From: Candidatus Omnitrophota bacterium
GTDB lineage: Bacteria; Omnitrophota; Gorgyraeia; Gygaellales; Profunditerraquicolaceae
Length of the DNA stretch: 64,000 nt
Direction: 5' to 3'
Assembly (NCBI GenBank): GCA_003598025.1
Contig: QZKH01000006.1
Span: 172,035 to 236,034 of the forward strand
Shown here: piece by piece, positions 9,654-18,805 of the stretch
How positions within the stretch are numbered: the first letter of the stretch is position 1
How the letters are laid out: every line of letters begins with the position of its first letter
Notes under the pieces: generated by a model
Database searches by the model: none
Seen by the model: only the letters and a program-made list of their open reading frames with translations
What the model was told of the DNA's origin: nothing
Made by a program: the position numbers and the translations under genes

Positions 9654-10052
9654 ATGCTACGAAAATTGATATTCTTAATAGGCCTTTGCTTCATTTTAAG
9701 CGGCTGCTGCAGCATCTTAAATAACAGGGTATGCTTATTAAAGAGATTTTCAGCTAACAGGTCAGGGATCGAGAGCCTGTTGAACAGGCAGGAAGACGGT
9801 TTTTACCGCCTTCGTGACGATATAAAGAATAACAAATTAAAAACAGGGTTAAGTAAAAATAAAATAATCTCAGAATATTATTCCCCGGTTTTTTCGTATT
9901 TAAGGGATAAAGACAAAAATATCACTAAAGTACTGGTATACAGGCATCCTACTGAATACTTTTCCTCGGAGTTAATATATCTTTTCTTTGACAGGCGCAA
10001 CAGGCTTACCGCATGGCAGCTATTCGAACCGCCAGACTTAAGCGTATTATAA
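9654..10052 (+). CDS. small lipoprotein, unknown function
   Basis: Signal peptide with lipobox ILSGCC. No recognisable domain. Confidence 0.4.
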   Translation: MLRKLIFLIGLCFILSGCCSILNNRVCLLKRFSANRSGIESLLNRQEDGFYRLRDDIKNNKLKTGLSKNKIISEYYSPVFSYLRDKDKNITKVLVYRHPTEYFSSELIYLFFDRRNRLTAWQLFEPPDLSVL

Positions 10053-10067
10053 ACCCTTTAATTAAAA

Positions 10068-12026
10068 TTATGAGCGATTTTGTTTCTGGATGGTCTTTAT
10101 AAAAGCAAGCAGCCTGTTCTTTATTTCCGGGTTCATTCCGACGAATTCAATGCCGGTTTTGAACCTGTTTTTATGCTCATCCGAATTTTTTATCCATCTT
10201 ACCTTGCCGTTTAGCTTGAGGCGTTGCTTATTTATTAACTCGAAGTTCATGCTGATCGAAGAATCAGTATCAAGCCTGCTTTGTGTTTCAATGCACATTC
10301 CTCCCCTGGAGATGTCTATTGCCTGTGTTAGCTCGGGCTTTTTTTCTGATAGTATTTCTATTTCGGCTTTATAATTTATTCTTTTAGCTCTTCTTAACTC
10401 CGAGCCTATAAGGATCTTTTTTATCATTATATTAGCGGCGACCTTTTCCTGTGAATGAGGTTGATTTTCTGCGGGATAGGAAATCACCCCTATATTTATG
10501 AATACATTTTCAACCTTATTCCTGGAGAAATAATCTTTTATCCTGGATTTTAATGATTCGCAAAGCTGGTTTACTTGTTTCTCGTTTTTTGTGGTATAAA
10601 CCAGCCCAAAAGTGCCTTCCCGGTAGTCTTTAAGTATTACCTCTGCAGCGGCATGCGCGCCGGCTGATTTTTTTATTACATCCAACAGCAGTATATCCAG
10701 GTCCCTGAATAATCTCTTTGGTTCGGTTTTTACCCTGTTTTTGAATTTCCTGAAATTTATAATGTTAAGATTCACAAGATAAGCCTTCTCTCCGCTTTGG
10801 ATAACGGCATTTATCTTTTCTTTAACCTTAGGGCTGATTTCGGCAGTAGTATATATGCCCGATAAAGTAAAGAAGAACTTGCTTCCTATTCCGGGTCTTG
10901 ATTCACACCATATTTCTCCGCCGTGCCTTTCTACCAGCTCTTTGGTAATGGAGAGGCCCAGGCCCAATCCTTTTATTTGCTGGGCTATATTTTTTGATAC
11001 CTGAACAAATTTATTAAATAATTTGGGAATATCGTCTTTTGAAATGCCTATGCCGTCATCAATTACGCCTATCCTTATTTTATCCTCAAGTATCTTTACC
11101 TCGATTTTAATGTGGCCGTTTTCTTGGGTAAACTTGATGGCATTAGATAAAAGATTCGAAATGCATTGGTATATCCTTTCCGGATCAATAAAAATGTTTA
11201 TCTGCTTTTTAGGCAGGTCAAAGGAAACCCGGATTTGTTTTTGGGCAGCCAAATTCAAAAAGTCCTGATAAGATTGCAGGAGGAGATCGTTAAAGTTCAC
11301 AAGAGAGAAATTGACCCTAAGTGTCCCTTTTTCTATCCTGGAGATATCAAGGAGGTCTTCGATTATTTTTCTGAGCCTCTCCGTATTATTCCTGGCTTTA
11401 TATAACAGTTCCTTTTGCTTTTCATTAAGCGGCCCGGTTATTTCATCATGAAGCAGGAGTATTATTTCTTTGATTATTGACAAAGGGGTTCTTAATTCAT
11501 GGGAAACAATTGAAACAAAATCGGATTTCAGTTTGTTTAAATCTTTTTCAATCTCCAATTTTTTTTCAAGCATGCCTTTTTCGTTCTTGAGATAATCCAG
11601 CTGCATGCGGTGGGTGATATCCCTGGTTATGCCCATAAGGCCGATTATTTTGCCTTCTTTATCGAACCTCGGTATTTTTGTTGTGCTGACATAATTATCT
11701 ATGCCGTCAGGCCGGGTTGCCCTTTCGATTTTATCGATTATGGGATTCCCGGTCCGGATAACGAATTTATCGTCTTCAGCCATTTTTTTTGCGCGGTCTT
11801 TGGGAAAAATGTCAAAATCAGTTTTTCCAATGACCTGCTTGGGTTTTAAGCCTAAGCCTTTGGCGTGTGCTTCATTTACGAGTAGCAATTTGCCTTTTTT
11901 ATCCTTAAAGTATATTACATCGGGGATGTGGTTTATGAGGTCGGAGAGTAATTCGTATTTATTTTGTATATTGTTTCGGGAGCCCGGGTCGCTAATAAGG
12001 GGGTTAATGATTCTTTTTCTTGTCAT
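10068..12026 (-). CDS. PAS sensor histidine kinase with C-terminal GGDEF-like region and PilZ domain
   Basis: H-box SIVSHELRTPLSI. HATPase_c (GLGLGLSITKELVERHGGEIW, GIGSKF). C-terminus has PilZ signature motifs RRAKRINYK (RxxxR) and DISRGGMCIE (DxSxGG). Paralog of 6468..8363. Confidence 0.8.
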   Translation of the reverse strand: MTRKRIINPLISDPGSRNNIQNKYELLSDLINHIPDVIYFKDKKGKLLLVNEAHAKGLGLKPKQVIGKTDFDIFPKDRAKKMAEDDKFVIRTGNPIIDKIERATRPDGIDNYVSTTKIPRFDKEGKIIGLMGITRDITHRMQLDYLKNEKGMLEKKLEIEKDLNKLKSDFVSIVSHELRTPLSIIKEIILLLHDEITGPLNEKQKELLYKARNNTERLRKIIEDLLDISRIEKGTLRVNFSLVNFNDLLLQSYQDFLNLAAQKQIRVSFDLPKKQINIFIDPERIYQCISNLLSNAIKFTQENGHIKIEVKILEDKIRIGVIDDGIGISKDDIPKLFNKFVQVSKNIAQQIKGLGLGLSITKELVERHGGEIWCESRPGIGSKFFFTLSGIYTTAEISPKVKEKINAVIQSGEKAYLVNLNIINFRKFKNRVKTEPKRLFRDLDILLLDVIKKSAGAHAAAEVILKDYREGTFGLVYTTKNEKQVNQLCESLKSRIKDYFSRNKVENVFINIGVISYPAENQPHSQEKVAANIMIKKILIGSELRRAKRINYKAEIEILSEKKPELTQAIDISRGGMCIETQSRLDTDSSISMNFELINKQRLKLNGKVRWIKNSDEHKNRFKTGIEFVGMNPEIKNRLLAFIKTIQKQNRS

Positions 12027-12153
12027 TTTTTTACTATTTTTGCCGGTATTGATCCTATACTAATCATACTACCCAAAGGCGCGTAAGTCAACAATTGTTA
12101 GTTGTTATTTCGTATATTCATTTCTAAATAAACCCTGTATTTTCAATGTGTTA

Positions 12154-12181
12154 TTGTAAAAAAAGGCGATTATGTTATAAT
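12154..12181 (+). promoter_or_regulatory. sigma70-like promoter (TTGTAA-16-TATAAT) for receiver gene operon
   Basis: Hexamers read directly in the divergent intergenic region between the histidine kinase (-) and the receiver gene (+). Consensus-like -10. Confidence 0.3.
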
Positions 12182-12256
12182 CATAAACAGGCAAAATTAT
12201 TGTTGATTAATATGTTTTGTATGTTATTTTATGTATTATAGGCAAAGGAGGGCAAA

Positions 12257-12643
12257 ATGCCTAAGAAAAAGATTTTAGTCGTTGACGATGAGGCCCATTT
12301 CTTAGAATTGATTAAGATGAGGCTGGAGGCAAATGGTTACGAAGTTGTAACTGCTAATTCCGGTAGAGAGGCAATTAATATCCTTAATGAAAAAAAACCT
12401 GATGCGGTCCTGTTGGATATAATTATGCCGGATATTGACGGGATCAAGGTTTTAGAAGAAATCAGGAAGAAATATAAGAAGTTGCCGGTATTTATGATTA
12501 CCGGTTTTTCGGGAGATGAGCGTTTTAAACTTGCTAACACCTTTGAGGCATCCGGTTTTATAGTAAAGACCAAAGATTTGAATGAAGAGATAAAGAATAT
12601 TACCGGGGTTCTCAATATGGCGGATAGATATAAGAAAAGCTGA
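12257..12643 (+). CDS. single-domain response regulator receiver (CheY/PilH-like)
   Basis: ILVVDDE, phospho-acceptor region LLDIIMPDIDG, conserved T/K positions. 128 aa. SD GGAGGG. Confidence 0.85.
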   Translation: MPKKKILVVDDEAHFLELIKMRLEANGYEVVTANSGREAINILNEKKPDAVLLDIIMPDIDGIKVLEEIRKKYKKLPVFMITGFSGDERFKLANTFEASGFIVKTKDLNEEIKNITGVLNMADRYKKS

Positions 12644-12668
12644 TAACTAAAATATGAGGGGATAGGTC

Positions 12669-13037
12669 ATGGAGCAGAAAAAAATTCTTATTGTTGACGA
12701 TGAGCCGGAATTAGTAGAAGTGCTCAGGCTGAGGCTGGAGGCAAATGGATATACCGTAATGGAGGCATCTAACGGCCAGGAGGGTTTTGATATGGCCAGG
12801 GGCCTGAAACCGGATTTGATTATCCTGGACTTAATGCTCCCTAAAATAGACGGGTATAAAATTTGCCGTATGCTTAAATTCGACGAAAAATATAAACATA
12901 TCCCTATTATTCTGTTTACCGCCCGTGCCCAAGACCAGGATTTAAAAACCGGCATGGAGGTGGGAGCTGATGCCTATATTACCAAGCCGTTTGAACCACA
13001 AGTATTATTATCTAAAATAAAAGAGTTAATCAAGTAG
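12669..13037 (+). CDS. single-domain response regulator receiver (CheY/PilG-like)
   Basis: ILIVDDEPE, ILDLMLPKIDG. 122 aa. Tandem paralog of the preceding receiver. Confidence 0.85.
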   Translation: MEQKKILIVDDEPELVEVLRLRLEANGYTVMEASNGQEGFDMARGLKPDLIILDLMLPKIDGYKICRMLKFDEKYKHIPIILFTARAQDQDLKTGMEVGADAYITKPFEPQVLLSKIKELIK

Positions 13038-13040
13038 GCC

Positions 13041-14699
13041 TTGAATATGGAAACCGTGGATTTACTTTTAAAACAAGGGCTCATAACACAGGAGCAGATT
13101 AATAAGGCAAAGGATGAGTCTGCCAGGACCGGGCTTCGTTTAGAAAAAGCGCTGGAGAAATTGGGATTTATCAGTGAAGAGGATGTTGCCAAGGTCAAGG
13201 CGGACCACCTGGGTGTCCCGTATATGGACCTGGCTGACTATATCGTTGATGCGCAGGTAGCAAAAATCATACCTGAAGAGGTCCTCAAAAAACACAGAGC
13301 AGTGCCGATCTTTAAAATAGCTGATTGTATTACTGTAGCTATGGTCAATCCTAATGATATCAGGGTCCTGGATGAGATGAGGAAGATAAGCGGCATAGAT
13401 AATGTTGAACCTGTCCTGGTTTCAGATAGCGGCATACAACGGGTCCTTGATTCGCTGCATGGATCGGCAAAAAGCGTAGAAGAGTTTGTCAAGATTATAG
13501 AAAAGGACGAGAAAAATACAGAAGGCGATGTAAAAAGCGCCGATAGCGAATCCCCTGTAATAAAACTGGTTAATACTTTGATTTCCGAAGGTATAAGAGA
13601 CAGGGCTTCTGATATACATATCGAGCCAGAGCAGGATGTGCTTCGGGTCAGGTATAGAATAGACGGCATATTGCATGAAACGCATACCCTTCCGACAAAG
13701 TTAAATAATGCGATTGTTTCCCGTATCAAAATAATGTCTAACCTGGATATCGCCGAAAGCAGGAAGCCCCAGGATGGCAAGGTGCGTTTAAAACTTGAAA
13801 ATAAAAGCATAGACATACGTGTATCTACATTTCCTACTGTCTACGGCGAGAACGTTGTTTTAAGGCTCCTGGATAAAGCATCCATACTGCTTAGCCTTAA
13901 AGACCTTGGATTTTCAAATGATAATTTTGCTATGTTTGATAAGATTATCCGCAGGCCAAACGGGATAATCCTTGTTACCGGCCCAACGGGAAGCGGTAAG
14001 ACCACTACTCTTTATGCCGCATTAACGAATATAAGTTCTATGGAAAAAAATATAATAACTATTGAGGACCCGGTTGAGTATGAAATCCCATTAATAAGGC
14101 AGACGCAGGTAAATCCTAAGGCCGGCATAACCTTTGCAAACGGCTTACGTTCAATATTGAGGCAGGACCCTGATGTGGTTATGGTCGGAGAGATACGGGA
14201 CAAAGAAACAGCCGAGATCGCCATACAGGCATCTCTTACTGGGCATCTGGTGTTTTCTACACTGCATACAAATGATGCCCCTTCGGCTTTAACCAGGCTT
14301 ATAGATATGGGCATAGAGCCTTTTCTGATCTCCAGCTCAATTATAGGCGTACTTGCCCAGAGGCTGGTAAGAAAGATATGCGACAAATGTAAAGAAAAAT
14401 ACACGCCCTCCGATAAATTGCCTGAAGGCTTGGGTTTTGAGGGGAGTGTTGAATTATACAGAGGAGAAGGATGCCCTGCCTGCAGGAATACCGGCTTTAT
14501 CGGCAGGATCGGTATTTTTGAATTATTGATTATAGATGAAAATATACGCAGGATGGTCGAAGAAAAGAGCCCGGCCGATAAGATAAAGAAAAGAGCGATT
14601 GAATCAGGGTTAAAGACCTTGCTGTTTGATGGTGTTGACAAAGCCAGGTCGGGCCTGACTACAATCGATGAAGTGTTAAGGGTAACCGAAACACAATAA
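13041..14699 (+). CDS. pilB: type IV pilus assembly ATPase PilB (GspE family)
   Basis: N-terminal GSPII_E_N domain. Walker A GPTGSGKTT, Walker B/Asp box, His box. C-terminal tetracysteine CDKC...CPAC zinc motif. Confidence 0.9.
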   Translation: MNMETVDLLLKQGLITQEQINKAKDESARTGLRLEKALEKLGFISEEDVAKVKADHLGVPYMDLADYIVDAQVAKIIPEEVLKKHRAVPIFKIADCITVAMVNPNDIRVLDEMRKISGIDNVEPVLVSDSGIQRVLDSLHGSAKSVEEFVKIIEKDEKNTEGDVKSADSESPVIKLVNTLISEGIRDRASDIHIEPEQDVLRVRYRIDGILHETHTLPTKLNNAIVSRIKIMSNLDIAESRKPQDGKVRLKLENKSIDIRVSTFPTVYGENVVLRLLDKASILLSLKDLGFSNDNFAMFDKIIRRPNGIILVTGPTGSGKTTTLYAALTNISSMEKNIITIEDPVEYEIPLIRQTQVNPKAGITFANGLRSILRQDPDVVMVGEIRDKETAEIAIQASLTGHLVFSTLHTNDAPSALTRLIDMGIEPFLISSSIIGVLAQRLVRKICDKCKEKYTPSDKLPEGLGFEGSVELYRGEGCPACRNTGFIGRIGIFELLIIDENIRRMVEEKSPADKIKKRAIESGLKTLLFDGVDKARSGLTTIDEVLRVTETQ

Positions 14700-14700
14700 T

Positions 14701-15918
14701 ATGCAGTCCTATAGATATAAAGCAAGGGATAATTTCGGCAAGCTTGTAGATAATATTATGACTGCTGATTCTGAGCTGGCAGTAGCTAAAAAGCTTAATC
14801 AGCTGGGATATATTCCTATCTCTATCCACCCAATCCATGAAAATAATGAGTTTTTTGCCAGGCTTTTCGGAAGATTTGGTAATGTTTCAATAGGGGACAT
14901 TGCCATGTTTACCAGGCAGTTTTCTGCTTTGCAGAAAGCCGGTATCCCTATCAGGGTAAGCCTCAATGCATTAAGGGAGCAAGCTACAAACAAGACCCTT
15001 AAGAGGACCATTGATTCTGTCATTAAAGATATAGAGGCCGGTATGCTTCTATCCGGTGCTATGGCTAAACATCCCAAGGTTTTTAGCGAGTTGTATATTA
15101 ATATGATCACTGCAGGTGAGGCCAGCGGTTTATTGGATGAGGCGCTTGACAGGCTCGCTGTTCTTTCAGAGCATGACGAGTCAATAAGGCTTAAAATTAA
15201 GGCAGCAACACGATACCCCGTAATTGTTGTTATAGCGATAGTCCTTGGTTTCCTGGTGCTTACTACGATGGTCGTACCCAGATTTGCAAAAATATACAGT
15301 CAGTTTACGGTACAACTTCCATTTCCAACGCGGGTATTAATAGGCATTAATTATGCTGTTACCAAATTCTGGTGGCTGATTATTTTGCTAGGAGGTATTT
15401 TTGCCTATTTGTTCAAGAGGGTAATAAAAACCGATTCAGGGAGGATCTGGTGGGATACGATCAAACTTAAAGTCCCTATTTTTGGCCCTTTAGTTTTGAA
15501 GCTGACCATGTCCAGGTTTGCGCGTATAAGCGGTACATTGTTGAAAGCAGGCGTGCCGATTTTGAATGTTTTGGATCTTTCAACCAAGGCCACGGGAAAT
15601 GTTGTGGTCTCCAGAGTGATTGAAAATATAAGGGTTAATGTCAGTGAGGGCAAAGGGATGACTGAACCGATGAAAATCAGCGGCATGTTCCCGCCGGTAG
15701 TAATACAAATGGTTTCAGTAGGCGAGAGCACGGGTAAATTGGATGAGTTATTAATGCATGTTTCCAATTATTATGACTCGCAGGTCGATTACACAATAAG
15801 CAATCTGACCACGCTCATTGAACCGATATTAATATTTGTCCTGGGGTGCATTGTTTTGTTTATGGCGCTTGGTATATTTCTACCGGTATGGAACTTGATG
15901 AATGTGTTTAAGAGATAA
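14701..15918 (+). CDS. pilC: type IV pilus platform protein PilC (GspF family)
   Basis: Duplicated T2SSF domains, three TM segments, ~405 aa. Immediately downstream of pilB. Confidence 0.9.
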   Translation: MQSYRYKARDNFGKLVDNIMTADSELAVAKKLNQLGYIPISIHPIHENNEFFARLFGRFGNVSIGDIAMFTRQFSALQKAGIPIRVSLNALREQATNKTLKRTIDSVIKDIEAGMLLSGAMAKHPKVFSELYINMITAGEASGLLDEALDRLAVLSEHDESIRLKIKAATRYPVIVVIAIVLGFLVLTTMVVPRFAKIYSQFTVQLPFPTRVLIGINYAVTKFWWLIILLGGIFAYLFKRVIKTDSGRIWWDTIKLKVPIFGPLVLKLTMSRFARISGTLLKAGVPILNVLDLSTKATGNVVVSRVIENIRVNVSEGKGMTEPMKISGMFPPVVIQMVSVGESTGKLDELLMHVSNYYDSQVDYTISNLTTLIEPILIFVLGCIVLFMALGIFLPVWNLMNVFKR

Positions 15919-15926
15919 AGGCAGGA

Positions 15927-16071
15927 TAGTTCATGGAGCGTAGTTCACAGATTACAGATATAGCTACATGGAGACACAAAGACACCAGGTCACCTGCCTA
16001 CCGGCAGGCAGGCAAAGTCACAGTTTTTCTTGTGTCTCATAGCTGTGAACTGTGAACCGTGCACTGTGCGC
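15927..16071. repeat. large nested palindromic element (GTTCA-motif family, copy 2)
   Basis: Nested inverted repeats AGTTCACAG/CTGTGAACT, GAGACACAA/TTGTGTCTC and CCTGCC/GGCAGG around a centre near 16000. Shares a TGTGAACCGTGC 12-mer with copy 3. Confidence 0.5.
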
Positions 16072-16101
16072 TAATATAATCTCCTTGCAAATAATATCGC
16101 T

Positions 16102-16497
16102 ATGATATATAATCGCTCTAAAGTTGGTTTTACGTTCTTTGAAGCAGTCATATCCTTGACAATAATAGCAGTATTTATCTCGGTTTTTTTTATTTTCTAT
16201 CACCAGGCATCCATATTAGCAAAAGAAAAGGTACTGCAGGTGGAATTAAAAGGCCTTAGGATGTCGCTTTCTTTATATAAAGCAACGCAGGGGCATTATC
16301 CGCAAGACTTGAGGGAATTGATATCGGCAAATTATAAGATGGCAACACTTGCCGACGTTTTATTTAAAAGCGAATATTTATCTACAATATCAACGGATAA
16401 AGAAGGGTTCCCTGTGGATGTCTTTGGAAATAGATACCATTATGATCCTTATCGGGGCGATGTTGCTTCGGCTACGAGGGATTATCAAAACTGGTAA
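16102..16497 (+). CDS. prepilin-type N-terminal cleavage/methylation domain protein (pseudopilin)
   Basis: Leader MIYNRSKVG then FTFFEAVISLTIIAVFISV (GFTxxE prepilin motif with E5). Confidence 0.65.
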   Translation: MIYNRSKVGFTFFEAVISLTIIAVFISVFFIFYHQASILAKEKVLQVELKGLRMSLSLYKATQGHYPQDLRELISANYKMATLADVLFKSEYLSTISTDKEGFPVDVFGNRYHYDPYRGDVASATRDYQNW

Positions 16498-16525
16498 GTC
16501 TTGAAAAATCGAAAGGAGGAGTAGC

Positions 16526-16906
16526 ATGATCAACAGAAAAGGTTTCACGCTTATTGAGCTTGTCATGATCATCGTCATACTCGGTATACTTGCAGCAGTC
16601 GCAATACCCAATTTTTATAACCTTCAGAGCGATGCAAAGACTTCAGCCGAAAAGGGTGTTGTCGGCGGAGTAAGGGCAGGCATTGCCACTTATTATGCAA
16701 ACCAATGCGCAAGCGGTACATGCGCATACCCGGCTGCGCTTGATGCAGCAACAACCGGTGCTTGCACTGCATCAAATGCCTGTTTTGATAATGTCCTTTC
16801 TCAAGGTGGTATAACCTCTGACTGGACAAAGGCATCAGCTACTACTTATACCGGTCCTGCAGGCACTACTTATACTTATACTGCCGCCACAGGGTCTTTC
16901 CAATAA
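16526..16906 (+). CDS. pilA: type IVa major pilin (PilA-like)
   Basis: Short leader MINRKG followed by FTLIELVMIIVILGILAAVAIP. C-terminal Cys pairs for a disulfide-bonded D-region. Strong SD GAAAGGAGGAG. Confidence 0.8.
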   Translation: MINRKGFTLIELVMIIVILGILAAVAIPNFYNLQSDAKTSAEKGVVGGVRAGIATYYANQCASGTCAYPAALDAATTGACTASNACFDNVLSQGGITSDWTKASATTYTGPAGTTYTYTAATGSFQ

Positions 16907-16917
16907 TCTTATTTAAT

Positions 16918-16963
16918 GAGGCGGCTGGTAATCCGTTGTTCATAGCGTATTACCGGCTGCCTC
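16918..16963 (+). terminator. stable stem-loop downstream of pilA (terminator/attenuator-like, no U-tract)
   Basis: 15-bp stem GAGGCGGCTGGTAAT/ATTACCGGCTGCCTC (two G-U pairs). 16-nt loop containing GTTGTTCATAGCG. Confidence 0.4.
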
Positions 16964-16987
16964 AAGTTACTCACTTCCTTAGAGGAG

Positions 16988-17761
16988 ATGCATATCAATA
17001 AAAAAGGCATCACCCTAATTGCCTCAGTTTTCCTGATAGTATTAGCTTCCATACTGATTTTAAGCCTTTCATTCTTTATTGTCCAAAGGCTCTCCCAGGG
17101 CCAGACAGAGATCATTAAAACAAAAACAATTTATTCGGCTAATGCAGGGATAAACAGCTCTGCATATTGGTTCAGGTTCCATGATTTAACCGCAAACGGG
17201 TATTTTACCTTAGGGCAGACAAATACCGGTTCCCAGGATTATTTTGTCTTAGGCGGAGATGCCGCAGATCTATTGATGCTTAATACCATCAATTCATTCC
17301 TTGCTTCTTCTAACAGGAATTTAGAAGGGCTTACTATGCAAAATGCCACTAATTCAAGCAGTATTACGATCGACCGGATGATTGTTACCTGGAATAATAA
17401 TAGGAGGCTGCGAGTGATAGGAATAAACGGCAGCAATGTTTGGACCGGGAATTCAGCCTCTCCTGCTGATTGTAACATATCAAACTTTACTCTTAATACC
17501 ACCCCAACAATATATAGTATAAATTATCTGCAATTTAACAACAGTATGACCGGAGCTACTATATCTATTCAGTTCGTCATGACTGACGGTTCAAGCAAGA
17601 CTTTGACAGCATATCCGGCTTCCAATAATTATAATTTCACGGTTAAATCTACAGGGAAGACTACAGGTTCAAGTTTTTACAGGACGGTACAGGCAGAATA
17701 TAACGCACTCACATCTAAATTTATTGATTATGATGAAATATATACACAGATTACACCATAA
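16988..17761 (+). CDS. PilX-like minor pilin / pilus-associated protein (N/S/T-rich)
   Basis: N-terminal KKGITLIASVFLIVLASILIL hydrophobic segment lacking E5, as in PilX. Rest is Asn/Ser/Thr-rich with many N-x-S/T sequons. Confidence 0.45.
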   Translation: MHINKKGITLIASVFLIVLASILILSLSFFIVQRLSQGQTEIIKTKTIYSANAGINSSAYWFRFHDLTANGYFTLGQTNTGSQDYFVLGGDAADLLMLNTINSFLASSNRNLEGLTMQNATNSSSITIDRMIVTWNNNRRLRVIGINGSNVWTGNSASPADCNISNFTLNTTPTIYSINYLQFNNSMTGATISIQFVMTDGSSKTLTAYPASNNYNFTVKSTGKTTGSSFYRTVQAEYNALTSKFIDYDEIYTQITP

Positions 17762-18137
17762 TAATGGTTTTACCTTGATTGAACTTATAATGACAATAGT
17801 AATTATTGGGGTTATCGCTATTCCTTTGTCCCTTACCATATTTGCCCAGGTTGAAAGTGCATTTTATAGCCAGGATTTAACAATAGCTCTGAACTTGGGG
17901 AGGCTTGAGATGGAGGGTGTTTATGCGAGTCCATATACTAACATAGTAAGTGCAACTTTTGGCAATTACCAGGGGTATGGTTATGATGTGGCCAGGGTCG
18001 TTACTTATGCGCAGGGGGACGGTTCATCAGCAGAGAGCCTTAAAAAAATAGAGGTAACCGTATCAAGAGCCGGATCGACTGATGTCTTGGTGTCATTTTC
18101 AACATATATTGCCAAGAATGTAAGCTATGGATTATGA
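17724..18137 (+). CDS. minor pilin (prepilin-type N-terminal domain)
   Basis: NNGFTLIELIMTIVIIGVIAIPL canonical class III signal with E5. Overlaps upstream gene. Confidence 0.7.
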   Translation: MIMMKYIHRLHHNNGFTLIELIMTIVIIGVIAIPLSLTIFAQVESAFYSQDLTIALNLGRLEMEGVYASPYTNIVSATFGNYQGYGYDVARVVTYAQGDGSSAESLKKIEVTVSRAGSTDVLVSFSTYIAKNVSYGL

Positions 18138-18741
18138 TAAATTAGGCATTAGACAGGGTAAAGATATGACGGGTAATCATAAGGCAGCTTTTACAATAAT
18201 TGAGTTTATAATGGTAATGGTGATTATCGGCGTATTGGTCTCAACCGGCGTTTTTATCATGTTGAACCTGACACAGAATTCTGTCTTTTTACCTAATAAG
18301 CTTAATGTAGAAATGGCAGGCCAGGATATTATGGATGATATTATTGATGGTTACCAGAGCCAGGGTTATTCCAGGGTAAAAGGTTTGAGGTTTTCAAGGC
18401 AAATCGTATCGGCCAATCCTGATGCGGTTAATTTTATTAATTCCGATGGCCAGAATGTTCAGTTCAGCTGGGATAACACAAATAAAATTATCAGCCGTTC
18501 TGTTGACGGCGGGCCTGTTCAGAAAATCCCATATTATTTTCCCAACAGTATGTCTATCGTTAAATCCGGGTCAAGCGATATCTTTATCTTTTATGATGCC
18601 AATTCAGCGGTGACAAGCACTGCCTCCGATGTGCGCAGCATAAAGATAACTTTCAGGGTACAAAGCGGTAGCGGAAACTTCCAGGATTGGCAGCATCAGG
18701 TTGATTTTCTTTCAGGCGTTGCGGTGAAAAAATTCCAGTAA
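18127..18741 (+). CDS. minor pilin (PilV/PilW-like)
   Basis: KAAFTIIEFIMVMVIIGVLVSTGVFIM prepilin motif. 204 aa. Confidence 0.65.
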   Translation: MDYDKLGIRQGKDMTGNHKAAFTIIEFIMVMVIIGVLVSTGVFIMLNLTQNSVFLPNKLNVEMAGQDIMDDIIDGYQSQGYSRVKGLRFSRQIVSANPDAVNFINSDGQNVQFSWDNTNKIISRSVDGGPVQKIPYYFPNSMSIVKSGSSDIFIFYDANSAVTSTASDVRSIKITFRVQSGSGNFQDWQHQVDFLSGVAVKKFQ

Positions 18742-18747
18742 AATGTA

Positions 18748-18776
18748 TTGATAATATAGTAAAAGGCAGATAGAAT
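18748..18776 (+). promoter_or_regulatory. sigma70-like promoter TTGATA-17-TAGAAT
   Basis: Hexamers read directly in the 64-bp gap upstream of 18806, followed by SD AAAGGAGAAG. Confidence 0.35.
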
Positions 18777-18805
18777 ATTAATAATTTTCCAAAAGGAGAA
18801 GTAAA

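Noticed and set aside
16018-16203. 61-aa minus-strand ORF spanning the palindromic element and the first pilin-like gene start
   Set aside because: It overlaps the repeat and a plus-strand prepilin gene. There is no SD and it has atypical Cys/Tyr-rich composition.
16470-16525. Possible sigma54 (-24/-12) promoter upstream of the major pilin
   Set aside because: A TGG element is present, but the -12 position reads TTGA rather than TTGC. The spacing would place the TSS inside the SD, and the intergenic gap is only 28 nt. Not supported.
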